This document shows, piece by piece, positions 7,947 through 16,244 of a stretch of 32,000 nucleotides of DNA. The translations under genes were made by a program, and so were the position numbers. Within the stretch, counting starts at the first letter, position 1. Each line of letters starts with the position of its first letter. A model generated the notes under the pieces. It saw only the letters and a list, made by a program, of their open reading frames with translations, did no database searches and was not told the DNA's origin. This stretch comes from Thermofilum adornatum (GTDB taxonomy: Archaea > Thermoproteota > Thermoprotei > Thermofilales > Thermofilaceae). The stretch spans positions 1,350,001 through 1,382,000 of the forward strand of contig NC_022093.1 of the NCBI RefSeq assembly GCF_000446015.1, in the 5' to 3' direction.

Positions 7947-8804
7947 ATGCAGAGTGAAACATCCCCTACCAGGGTGCTCTTACTATCCATACTTGGAAAC
8001 CTAGCAGTATTTATTGCAAAGATGCTGGGTGGAATCCTCTCCGGTAGCCTTGCGCTTCTAGCAGACGGCGCAGACTCTTCACTAAACGTATTTAGCAGTA
8101 GCATAGCCTACTATTTCTACAAGAAATCCCAAAAACCACCAGACCAGAGGCACCCATATGGCCACGAAAAGTTCGAGGTTTTCGGCTCTCTCCTCATACT
8201 ACTACTCATGGTGCTAACCTTCTCGGCGATCGGGTTCCTGGCTATACATCGGCTACTCGAAGGTATGCCGGAAAAAATAGACCCAGTAAGCATAGTGTTT
8301 GCCTTGTTCTCGCTCGTGCTCAACCTGACAGTCTCCACCCTACTTAAAAGATTCTCAAGCGAAAGCCTCCTAGCCTCAACTGAGTCCAGACACATATCCC
8401 TAGACGTGGCAGAAGGAGCTACAACCCTCGCTGGTGTAACCCTAGGCTCGTATCTTTCAAGCCTCTACGACCTCTTTGCAGCAATAGTGATCCTAGTAAT
8501 AGTTACTTACTTTGTTTTAGAGACACTGAAAGACCTAAGGGAACAAATAGTAGACACTTCCCCAGACATAGAGCTGTCACAAATAATAGAAGAAGCCATA
8601 AAGAACAGCCGACAAGAGATCCAGTACCACGCCTTACGTTCCCGTAAATCCGGGAGAAAGATATATGCAGACCTCCACCTCGTCGTTCCCAAAGAACTCT
8701 CAGTAGAAGAAGCACACAAAATATGTGACGAAATCGAGAAAAAGGCAAAGGAGAAACTAGGAGAAAACATAGACATCACGATTCACGTGGAGCCGGCAGA
8801 ATAA
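7947..8804 (+). CDS. Cation diffusion facilitator (CDF) family metal efflux transporter
   Basis: 285 aa. TM2 SLALLADGADSSLNV, loop HPYGHEKFEVFGSL, TM5 HISLDVAEG (HxxxD) and a C-terminal cytoplasmic alpha/beta domain (ADLHLVVP...ITIHVEP) are typical of the CzcD/FieF family. Confidence 0.85.
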   Translation: MQSETSPTRVLLLSILGNLAVFIAKMLGGILSGSLALLADGADSSLNVFSSSIAYYFYKKSQKPPDQRHPYGHEKFEVFGSLLILLLMVLTFSAIGFLAIHRLLEGMPEKIDPVSIVFALFSLVLNLTVSTLLKRFSSESLLASTESRHISLDVAEGATTLAGVTLGSYLSSLYDLFAAIVILVIVTYFVLETLKDLREQIVDTSPDIELSQIIEEAIKNSRQEIQYHALRSRKSGRKIYADLHLVVPKELSVEEAHKICDEIEKKAKEKLGENIDITIHVEPAE

Positions 8805-8844
8805 GTATAGCACCAAAAATAAATACTACTATCCTTTTTGATTA

Positions 8845-8849
8845 TCTGA
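8845..8849 (+). terminator. Oligo-T tract downstream of the CDF gene (possible archaeal terminator)
   Basis: T5 run (CCTTTTTG) about 40 nt after the stop codon. Archaeal termination commonly uses oligo-T. Confidence 0.3.
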
Positions 8850-8859
8850 ATGATGACGC

Positions 8860-8913
8860 CGTCCCAGTAGCAAAGGAAAGATGACTACCTCGCGACGAGC
8901 TGACGAATTAGTT
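8860..8913 (+). ncRNA. Candidate C/D-box sRNA (weak)
   Basis: A 54-nt GC-rich island in an AT-rich spacer. It has C box AUGAUGA (8860-8866), a 12-nt spacer, degenerate C' AAGAUGA (8888-8894) and D box CUGA (8910-8913). Weak points: D' is not recognisable (AGCA), the second guide is 15 nt rather than about 12, and there is no clear terminal stem. Confidence 0.3.
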
Positions 8914-9080
8914 CTTGTATCATAAAGAATTTTTCTCGGTAGAAAAAAAAGTATCAAGTTTAAGTAAATCATTTATATTTTTTACTAGAAATGCTTATCA
9001 ATTTTTCTTTTTCCAACATTACCTTGTTCAATGTTTAACTTAGTATCAATGAATTTTTTACATATTTTTTCCAAGAGATC

Positions 9081-9088
9081 TTATATAA
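9081..9088 (+). promoter_or_regulatory. TATA box for the ABC-transporter operon (leaderless start)
   Basis: TTATATAA ends 24 nt upstream of the ATG at 9112, at the end of a 307-bp very AT-rich spacer. Confidence 0.45.
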
Positions 9089-9111
9089 GTAAAGAGTAAC
9101 AACCACAGGAC

Positions 9112-10704
9112 ATGTCGAAACCCAAGTCTAATCGAACAATTATGCTAGCCGGCGTAGCAGCTGCACTCATCGTCCTAGCCGTAGCCGCATTTTTCCTGCT
9201 CGGTCCAAAACAGCCGAAATATAAGGACACCATTGTCATTGGCACTACTGACAGTGTCCAAACAACTCTTGACCCATGCGAAGCCTACGACTATCTAGGC
9301 GTGAACATTATTCAGAACATGGGTGAAGGGCTTTTCGGCTACGAGCCAGGCACCGCAAAGATAGTTAACAAGTTGGCGGTAAGCTACACCATTAGTGCTG
9401 ACAGGAAGGTTTGGGACATCAAGATAAGGACAGACGCAAAGTTCCAAGACGGGACGCCACTGACAGCTCAGGCAGTTGTCTGGTCATGGGAGAGGACTAT
9501 CAAGTTAAACCAGGACGCCGCCTTCTTGATTGGGGACCTTATCGAGAAAGCGGAAGCCGTTTCAGACGATACTGTTAGGGTCTACTTGAAGCAGCCCTTC
9601 GAGGAAACATATGTAAAATCCCTCCTTGCAACCTGGGTAGCTTTCCCTGTTAACCCGAAGACGACTCCAATGGATGTAGTCAAGCCTCCAAACACAGTAG
9701 ACATGATTGGGCCCTACAAGCTTGCAAGCTGGAAGCCCGGCGAGTACATCGAGCTTGTTGCGAACCCCAACTATTATGGCGAAAAGCCCAAGACACAAAG
9801 GATAATTATACGGTTCTACAAGGACGCACAGTCCCTCAGGTTGGCAGTAGAAAACGGAGAAGTAGATGTTGCATTTAGAACACTGTCACCAGCAGACATA
9901 AAAGACATAATGTCCAAGGGAACACTACAAGTCGTAAGCGGTCCCGGAATCGCGCCAATCAGGTACCTCGTGTTCAACGTAAACAAGGAACCATTCAACA
10001 ACAAAATTGTTCGGCAAGCCATCGCTTACCTAATCGACAGAAACCAGATCGTTAACACCGTTTATATGGGCAAGTTTGCCCAGCCCCTCTACAGCATGGT
10101 ACCAATAGGATTCCTTGGACACAAGGACAGCTTCAAGGAAAAATATGGAGAAAGACCAAACGTAGAGGCGGCTAAACAACTCTTGAAGCAGGCAGGATAC
10201 AGCGAGTCAAACCCGCTCAAGATAGAGCTATGGTACACGCCAGTCAGGTATACGCCAGCAGAGCCAGACATAGCAGCCATCATTAAGCAAAACCTCGAGG
10301 CGAGCGGTATGATAAAGGTGGATCTAAAGAGTGCAGACTGGGCAACATATAGGTCACTCTTCAAGCAAGAAAAGATCGCCATGTGGCTCCTCGGCTGGTT
10401 CCCAGACTTCCTAGACCCAGACAACTACGTGAGGCCATTCTACCACTCTGGAGCTAATGGATGGCTACACGTCAACTACAAGAACCCGACGGTAGACGAC
10501 CTCATAGACAAACAGGTCTTACAGCCGACTGACCAGAGAATCCAGACGCTTGCACAGATACAAGACATAGTCGCAGACGACGCGCCGATTATTCCACTCT
10601 GGCAGGAGGGACAGTTCGCGGTTGCCCAGCCCAATGTCAAAGGCATAGTCCTAGACTACTCTCAGATATTCAGATACTATCTTATATACGCGGAAACCGG
10701 ATAA
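9112..10704 (+). CDS. ABC transporter substrate-binding protein, family 5 (Opp/Dpp/Nik type), membrane-anchored
   Basis: 530 aa. N-terminal TM anchor (IMLAGVAAALIVLAVAAFFLL). Body typical of SBP_bac_5 (LFGYEPGT..., KFQDGTPLTA..V.WSWER, VANPNYYGEKPK, RQAIAYLIDR, GWFPDFLDPDNY). Confidence 0.9.
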   Translation: MSKPKSNRTIMLAGVAAALIVLAVAAFFLLGPKQPKYKDTIVIGTTDSVQTTLDPCEAYDYLGVNIIQNMGEGLFGYEPGTAKIVNKLAVSYTISADRKVWDIKIRTDAKFQDGTPLTAQAVVWSWERTIKLNQDAAFLIGDLIEKAEAVSDDTVRVYLKQPFEETYVKSLLATWVAFPVNPKTTPMDVVKPPNTVDMIGPYKLASWKPGEYIELVANPNYYGEKPKTQRIIIRFYKDAQSLRLAVENGEVDVAFRTLSPADIKDIMSKGTLQVVSGPGIAPIRYLVFNVNKEPFNNKIVRQAIAYLIDRNQIVNTVYMGKFAQPLYSMVPIGFLGHKDSFKEKYGERPNVEAAKQLLKQAGYSESNPLKIELWYTPVRYTPAEPDIAAIIKQNLEASGMIKVDLKSADWATYRSLFKQEKIAMWLLGWFPDFLDPDNYVRPFYHSGANGWLHVNYKNPTVDDLIDKQVLQPTDQRIQTLAQIQDIVADDAPIIPLWQEGQFAVAQPNVKGIVLDYSQIFRYYLIYAETG

Positions 10705-10732
10705 AATATTTCTCTTTTTCTGGTGTTTTTAG

Positions 10733-11755
10733 ATGGGCCTAAAAGAATACGTTATTTCAAGGTTGATCCTCACCCCCCTGATGTTATTCATACTGCTAAC
10801 CTTTGTGTTTATACTTCTTCGAGTCCTCCCTGGAGACCCCATCACTATGCTTGAGGGCAAGAATATCCCCGAAGATGTCCTCGCGAGGAGAAGAGCTGAA
10901 CTAGGCCTAGACAAGCCACTCTATGTTCAATACCTCAATTATCTTTATTCCATATTTGTAAAGCTTGACCTCGGTTATACTGCTCTCGAAAGGATACCTG
11001 TCTCCTATTTAATCATGACACGGCTCCCGGCAACAATCGAACTTGCAATATCCTCTACGATAATTGCTGGAGCCATTGGAATAGTTATAGGGCTCCTATC
11101 GGCAAGGTACCAATACGGAAAAGTTCCCTATTTCGCGAGGATATATTCCTCTATTGTATACTCTATCCCAGTATTCTACATAGGGCTAATGCTACAAGCA
11201 TACTTCGCGAGGCCTCTAGGCCTGCCCACTACTGGAAGGCTTAGCCCAGTAAACATGGTTCTTGCGGATAATCTTCCTGTGAAAACAGGCTTCGTCTTTA
11301 TTGATGCCTTGTTTTCAGGTAGACCCGATATACTTTTCGACTATCTTCTCCATTTGAGTCTTCCATCTTTGACCCTTGGAATATACCTTTCAGGAGTGTT
11401 TTCACGCGTAACTTATCTGTCGGTGGAAGACGCCATGTCACAAGACTATACACAAGCAGCTAGGGGGAGAGGCATAAGGGAATGGACAATCGTCAAGAAC
11501 TATGGGCTAAGAAACGCTTTAATACCCATCCTCACAATGGCCGGGCTCCAAGTCGCGGCCCTACTTGGTGGAGCTGTCCTTACAGAAACGACTTTCAACT
11601 GGGATGGCATAGGTCTACTTGTATACGAGGGTATCTTAAAACGTGACTACGCGATTGTCCAAGGAGCAGTCACGATATATGCCGTCCTCGTCGCTATTGT
11701 TAGCCTCCTAGTCGATGTACTCTATGCTTTTGTAGATCCAAGGGTGCGTTACTAA
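10733..11755 (+). CDS. ABC transporter permease (DppB/OppB-like)
   Basis: 340 aa. N-terminal YVISRLILTPLMLFILLTFVFILLRVLPGDP is the hallmark OppB/DppB N-terminus. An EAA-loop region (YTQAARGRGIREWTIVKNYGLRNALIP) is present. Confidence 0.9.
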   Translation: MGLKEYVISRLILTPLMLFILLTFVFILLRVLPGDPITMLEGKNIPEDVLARRRAELGLDKPLYVQYLNYLYSIFVKLDLGYTALERIPVSYLIMTRLPATIELAISSTIIAGAIGIVIGLLSARYQYGKVPYFARIYSSIVYSIPVFYIGLMLQAYFARPLGLPTTGRLSPVNMVLADNLPVKTGFVFIDALFSGRPDILFDYLLHLSLPSLTLGIYLSGVFSRVTYLSVEDAMSQDYTQAARGRGIREWTIVKNYGLRNALIPILTMAGLQVAALLGGAVLTETTFNWDGIGLLVYEGILKRDYAIVQGAVTIYAVLVAIVSLLVDVLYAFVDPRVRY

Positions 11756-12636
11756 TGCGGAAGCCGAAGACTTTTGGCGAATGGTGCTTATTGGCTGGTG
11801 GGATTCTAACATTGATCGTTCTAATGTTGGCTCTAATTGGAGACCTAATTGCTCCAGGAAACACAATCTCGAGTTACATAATTATTGATGGCAGATCTGT
11901 AGAGGTTCCGCCGCTACTGCCTCCTCTCTCAAGACTTCATATAGACGGGAGAACTGTAACATTCATTTTGGGAACCGACCAGCTTGGGAGAGACGTCTTC
12001 AGCAGATTATTGGCTGGTGCCAGATTTGTGTTGGCAGTGGCCTTTCTAAGCACGATCGTATCAACAGTCATAGGAGTCTTTCTTGGTTTAATATCTGGAT
12101 ATATCGGCGGTCTTTTCGACAGGACACTTTCCCTAGTAATGGACAGCCTCTACTCTCTACCCGGCCTGATTGTTGCAATAGCACTTGCAGCCTTCCTGGG
12201 GACTGGGCTAGTCAACATGTCCCTCGCAATTGCCGTAGCCTATATACCCTCGTATTTCCGCATGGTGAGGGGCAACGTGCTCTCTCTAAAAGGAATGCCA
12301 TTTATAGAGGCATCCAAGATTGCTGGGGCCAGCCCGCTTAGCATAGCTCTTCGCCAGATACTGCCAAATACCTTCCCGTCAATAGCTTCTCTTCTCCCCA
12401 TAACTTTTGCAGACGCAATTATAACAGAGGCAGGCCTGTCCTTCCTCGGGCTAGGCATAGAGCCACCTACACCAGACTGGGGCTTCGACCTAAACAAGGG
12501 CAGACAATTTTTCTTGGCTGGGTACTGGTGGATAGGAATCTTCCCGGGACTAGCAATAGTCATCACTGTGCTGGGATTCCTCCTACTAGGCGAGGGGCTA
12601 AACGAGGTTCTGAATCCTAAGAGGTGGGAGGCGTGA
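11755..12636 (+). CDS. ABC transporter permease (DppC/OppC-like)
   Basis: 293 aa. LGTDQLGRDVFSRLLAGAR motif and EAA loop (FIEASKIAGASPLSIALRQILPN). Its start overlaps the upstream stop (TAATG). Confidence 0.9.
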   Translation: MRKPKTFGEWCLLAGGILTLIVLMLALIGDLIAPGNTISSYIIIDGRSVEVPPLLPPLSRLHIDGRTVTFILGTDQLGRDVFSRLLAGARFVLAVAFLSTIVSTVIGVFLGLISGYIGGLFDRTLSLVMDSLYSLPGLIVAIALAAFLGTGLVNMSLAIAVAYIPSYFRMVRGNVLSLKGMPFIEASKIAGASPLSIALRQILPNTFPSIASLLPITFADAIITEAGLSFLGLGIEPPTPDWGFDLNKGRQFFLAGYWWIGIFPGLAIVITVLGFLLLGEGLNEVLNPKRWEA

Positions 12637-13580
12637 CCCTGCTAGAGATTAGAAACTTAAAAGTTAGCTACAACACGAGGCGAGGGAAAGTTGAAGCACT
12701 CAGCGGCGTTTCGCTCGATGTCGAGCAAGGAGAAGTCTTGGGAGTCGTTGGCGAAAGCGGCTCGGGAAAGAGTACACTGGGGCTGGCAATCATGAGACTC
12801 CTGCCCCGATACTCACAGATAGAACAGGGGAAAATATTCTTCGACGGCAGAGATATCCTAAAGCTTGATGATGAAGCACTGAGAGAGATGCGTGGAAAAG
12901 AGGTATCCATTGTTTTCCAGGATCCGTACTCTTCCCTCAACCCTGTAAGAAAAATAGTGGACCACTTCATTGAATTATTTGTAGAGCATGGCTACACCTA
13001 CGAAAAAGAGGAAATAGAGAAAATAGCGTCCCAGCTTCTAGAAAAAATGGGTGTGCCACCAGAGAAATTATACGACTACCCCCACCAGCTAAGTGGGGGA
13101 CAAAGACAAAGAGTAGCAATTGCTCTTGGTCTAGCTCTAAATCCAAAGCTCCTCATAGCTGACGAGATAACTACGGCGCTTGACGCACTCGTAGAGGCAC
13201 AGATAGTAGAGCTCCTCAAAGAAATAAAGAAGGAATACAAGACCTCCATAATGTTTATCACACATAACATGGGCCTCGTTGCCCAGCTGGCAGACCGCAT
13301 AGCTATAATGTATGCAGGGAAACTAGTTGAAGTTGGTAAGGCAAGAGAGGTCATAGAGAAACCACTGCATCCCTACACAAAAGCACTGCTCTCGGCTGTG
13401 CCGAGAATAGGCGGCTCCAAAGCTCTTCAGCCTATACCGGGGGAGCCTCCCGACATGAGGAAGCCACCCTCTGGATGCCGTTTTCACCCAAGGTGCCCCC
13501 TCGCTACAGACCTATGCGTGAGGGAAATCCCAGTTCTCAGAAACATAGGTGACAGATATGTCGCATGCCACTATGCATGA
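12624..13580 (+). CDS. ABC transporter ATP-binding protein (DppD/OppD-like)
   Basis: Walker A GESGSGKST, signature LSGGQRQR, Walker B LLIADE, and a C-terminal oligopeptide-ATPase extension with PPSGCRFHPRCP...C. An alternative start is the GTG at 12633, overlapping the upstream TGA (GTGA). Confidence 0.9.
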   Translation: MGGVTLLEIRNLKVSYNTRRGKVEALSGVSLDVEQGEVLGVVGESGSGKSTLGLAIMRLLPRYSQIEQGKIFFDGRDILKLDDEALREMRGKEVSIVFQDPYSSLNPVRKIVDHFIELFVEHGYTYEKEEIEKIASQLLEKMGVPPEKLYDYPHQLSGGQRQRVAIALGLALNPKLLIADEITTALDALVEAQIVELLKEIKKEYKTSIMFITHNMGLVAQLADRIAIMYAGKLVEVGKAREVIEKPLHPYTKALLSAVPRIGGSKALQPIPGEPPDMRKPPSGCRFHPRCPLATDLCVREIPVLRNIGDRYVACHYA

Positions 13581-14559
13581 AATCCTTAGGGTAGAAAACC
13601 TAAAGGTATATTTCCCGCTGAAAAGAACAATCGAAGACATAGTGGCAAGGAGACAGAGATTCCTCAAGGCAGTTGACAATGTGTCTTTCAATATACCTGA
13701 AGGAGCAATAATGGCCCTTGTAGGCGAAAGCGGCTCGGGAAAAACAACCATAGCCAGAACTGTCGTCGGCCTCGTCAAACCCACAGATGGTCACGTCTAT
13801 TTCAGGGACCGAGATATCTTTAGCCTAAAGGGGGAGGAATTCAAGGTATACAGAAGAAAAGTACAGATGATTTTCCAGGATCCAGCCGTAAGCCTAAACC
13901 CGAGAATGAAGATAGGGGATCAAGTCAAATACCCCCTAGACGTTAACAAAATAGGAACAAAAGAGGAGAGAGTAGAAAAGACAATGAAAGTCCTAAAGGA
14001 TGTAGGTTTATCCCCGCCAGAAGACTTCTACAACAGGTATCCACACCAGTTGAGCGGTGGACAGAAGCAGAGAGTAGCCATTGCAAGGGCACTAGTCCTA
14101 GAACCAGAGATCCTAATAGCAGACGAGCCAATCTCAAACATAGACGTCTCCGCTAGAGCCCAGATCCTAAACTTGTTGCAACAGCTAAGAGACAGGCTTC
14201 ACCTGTCTATTCTATATATTACACACGACCTCTCCTCTGCATGGGCCATCTCAGACCAGGTAGCAGTAATGTACCTTGGCAAAATCGTGGAAATGGCACC
14301 TACTTCAGAGATTTTCAGTAATCCTCTACACCCGTATACTCAAGCCTTAATCTCGGCGGTCCCCTCACTGAATGGCTTCCCCCTGGCTAGGAAAACAAAA
14401 CTAAGGGGAGAGATCCCGAGCCCAGTAAACCCGCCTAGTGGTTGCAGGCTTCATCCAAGGTGCCCCTTCGCCATGCCTGCTTGTAGGGAAAAAGAACCTG
14501 AAATTATAACTTTAGGAAGGGATCATATTGTGGCATGCCACCTTTACTCGAAAAGCTAG
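13549..14559 (+). CDS. ABC transporter ATP-binding protein (DppF/OppF-like)
   Basis: Walker A GESGSGKTT, signature LSGGQKQR, Walker B ILIADE, C-terminal PPSGCRLHPRCPFAMPAC. The more likely start is the ATG at 13573 (MHEILRVENL). Confidence 0.9.
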   Translation: MTDMSHATMHEILRVENLKVYFPLKRTIEDIVARRQRFLKAVDNVSFNIPEGAIMALVGESGSGKTTIARTVVGLVKPTDGHVYFRDRDIFSLKGEEFKVYRRKVQMIFQDPAVSLNPRMKIGDQVKYPLDVNKIGTKEERVEKTMKVLKDVGLSPPEDFYNRYPHQLSGGQKQRVAIARALVLEPEILIADEPISNIDVSARAQILNLLQQLRDRLHLSILYITHDLSSAWAISDQVAVMYLGKIVEMAPTSEIFSNPLHPYTQALISAVPSLNGFPLARKTKLRGEIPSPVNPPSGCRLHPRCPFAMPACREKEPEIITLGRDHIVACHLYSKS

Positions 14560-15260
14560 GATAACAGGAAATTCTCAGCTATCTCTATGAAGCCTTCGCT
14601 ATAAGGCTTGCTTGCCACGTAGTCGGCTCTCTTCTTTACCTCTTCGGGTGCATGAGAGGGGCAAGCAGAAAAGTCGGCCACTTCAAACATTCCTAGGTCT
14701 ACCTCGCTGTCCCCTATAGCTATTATCCTCTCAGGGGACTCGCCCAGGAGTTCTAAAACCTTTCTAACGCCGAACCCCTTGTTTATACCTGGTGGATGCA
14801 CATGCAAAGCAACCCCACTATACATCACCTCGTAGCCCAGCCCCACGAAAACACTTCTAGCCCTCGACACAGCGACACTCGGGTCTACGCCCCTCTTTAC
14901 AACAAAGGCTACGTCGACATGCCGATACATGTTCTGCCAGCTGTCCTCCAGGCAACACCCAAGCTCTTCCATTGCCACGCGGATAACCCTCTCCTTGTCA
15001 ATACTGCTCAAAACATGCAAGGCATTTTCGAAGCCTACTACTCCACCGTTCTCGGCAACGACTACACCTGAGCTTGGAAGATATCTGGCCAAGCCGTAGA
15101 CTATCGGATATGCAGTGGCGCTTGCAAATGATACGAGAAAACCCTTCTCGACCAGCCTCTCTAGCACACCAACAACCCTGCTTCCAATCTTGCGGTTAAA
15201 GTCCGTCAGAGTCCAGTCAACATCAATAAATACCGCAGTCTTCATCAAGCCAAAGTTCAC
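14556..15260 (-). CDS. HAD-superfamily subfamily IIB phosphatase (archaeal phosphoglycolate-phosphatase / sugar-phosphatase type)
   Basis: Motif I FIDVDWTLTD (DxDxT), cap-domain spacing, VAENGG, KG (INKGFG) and motif IV GDSEVDLGMF. The likely true start is the ATG at 15245 (MKTAVFIDVD). The substrate cannot be assigned from sequence. Confidence 0.75.
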   Translation of the reverse strand: MNFGLMKTAVFIDVDWTLTDFNRKIGSRVVGVLERLVEKGFLVSFASATAYPIVYGLARYLPSSGVVVAENGGVVGFENALHVLSSIDKERVIRVAMEELGCCLEDSWQNMYRHVDVAFVVKRGVDPSVAVSRARSVFVGLGYEVMYSGVALHVHPPGINKGFGVRKVLELLGESPERIIAIGDSEVDLGMFEVADFSACPSHAPEEVKKRADYVASKPYSEGFIEIAENFLLS

Positions 15261-15345
15261 CTAAAGCTAAAATATTTTTCTTCTCGCTCAAAAATCCAAT
15301 AACTAGTTTTCAACTTTACGTTTTACAACTAATACCGCAGGGGGC

Positions 15346-15362
15346 AATAAAAATATAATATT
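15346..15362 (+). promoter_or_regulatory. TATA-like box upstream of the ACT-V4R gene
   Basis: AATAAAAATATAATATT is centred about 28 nt upstream of the ATG at 15384, consistent with a leaderless transcript. Confidence 0.4.
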
Positions 15363-15383
15363 GTTTTTCACACTATATTTTGT

Positions 15384-16214
15384 ATGGGTACTGAAAATTT
15401 TGAGCCATATTATATGGGTCGCCTCGTAGTTGTTGAGGGTGGCAATCCGTTTTTCTTTAACGTTGTCTTGTCGCGGGAGGCTGTTAGGGCTTTAGGCATA
15501 ATAGAGGAGGTTGCCAGGGTCTTCCGGGAGGAGAATGTCCCGATTCTCTTGTTTAAGGCTAGTGTTCCGCCTAGCGGCGTCGATGGGGATGTTAGGATAA
15601 TTGTCTCTGCTGACTTGAAGGACGAGAAGCAGGCAGAAAGAATAGCCCAGAAGCTTAGACGCATCCGCTATGTTTCAAGGGTAGAATACGCAAAGCCAAT
15701 AATGCCTGGAGTAGGCGTAGACGCCTGGAGCCACCCACAGATGCTTCACAGCGACAGGGCGCTAGTACTCTCAGAGATCTACCTGAAGGAGATCTTGGCT
15801 TTCGGCTGGGGCGGCATCGGCCCAGGCTTCGCCGGCCTCATGTATAGGGTCTTTTTCGAGGCTGGCCGGAAGATTTACGACGAGCTATACGAAAAGCTAG
15901 TCAGGACCCGCGAAGACTTCATAAAGCTACTAGAGGCCAGGGCGAGGCTACTTGGCTGGGGTGTACTAGAAGTCGTAGAGCTAACAGAAGACAAGGCGGT
16001 CTTCAGGGTATACGACAACATAGAGTGCATGAGCCTCAAGGGGATAGAGGGCGCAGAAAATGCTTTGCTCAGAGGCCTACTAGCAGGAATCTTATCCGGC
16101 TACTGGAAGACAGACGGATACCACATTAAGCCAGCAGAGACAAAATGCATAGCCAGGGGAGACCCATACTGCCAACTAGAATACAGAAAAGAAAAATACG
16201 AGCCACTTGTATAA
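15384..16214 (+). CDS. ACT-like domain + V4R (4-vinyl reductase) domain protein, putative small-molecule sensor
   Basis: 276 aa. The N-terminal ~100 aa have an ACT-like pattern (FFFNVVLSREAVRALGIIEEVARVFREENVPILLF...RIIVSADL...KLRRIRYVSRVEY). The C-terminal ~150 aa match the V4R pattern, ending in ETKCIARGDPYCQLEY (C-x-A-x-G-x-x-x-C). Confidence 0.6.
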   Translation: MGTENFEPYYMGRLVVVEGGNPFFFNVVLSREAVRALGIIEEVARVFREENVPILLFKASVPPSGVDGDVRIIVSADLKDEKQAERIAQKLRRIRYVSRVEYAKPIMPGVGVDAWSHPQMLHSDRALVLSEIYLKEILAFGWGGIGPGFAGLMYRVFFEAGRKIYDELYEKLVRTREDFIKLLEARARLLGWGVLEVVELTEDKAVFRVYDNIECMSLKGIEGAENALLRGLLAGILSGYWKTDGYHIKPAETKCIARGDPYCQLEYRKEKYEPLV

Positions 16215-16244
16215 AAAATATTTGTTTTTCGATTTTATTTTCCT

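Noticed and set aside
12865-12890. C-box/D-box-like pair (GATGATGA ... CTGA) in the plus strand.
   Set aside because: It lies inside the well-supported ABC ATPase coding frame (LDDEALREM) and the boxes are only 6 nt apart. Other UGAUGA occurrences (26071, 28341, 31164) are also in coding sequence.
14556-14559. Convergent dppF-like and HAD genes share the palindromic tetranucleotide CTAG as both stop codons (TAG on each strand).
   Set aside because: This is real but most simply reflects genome compaction. No hairpin or terminator feature is attached to it.
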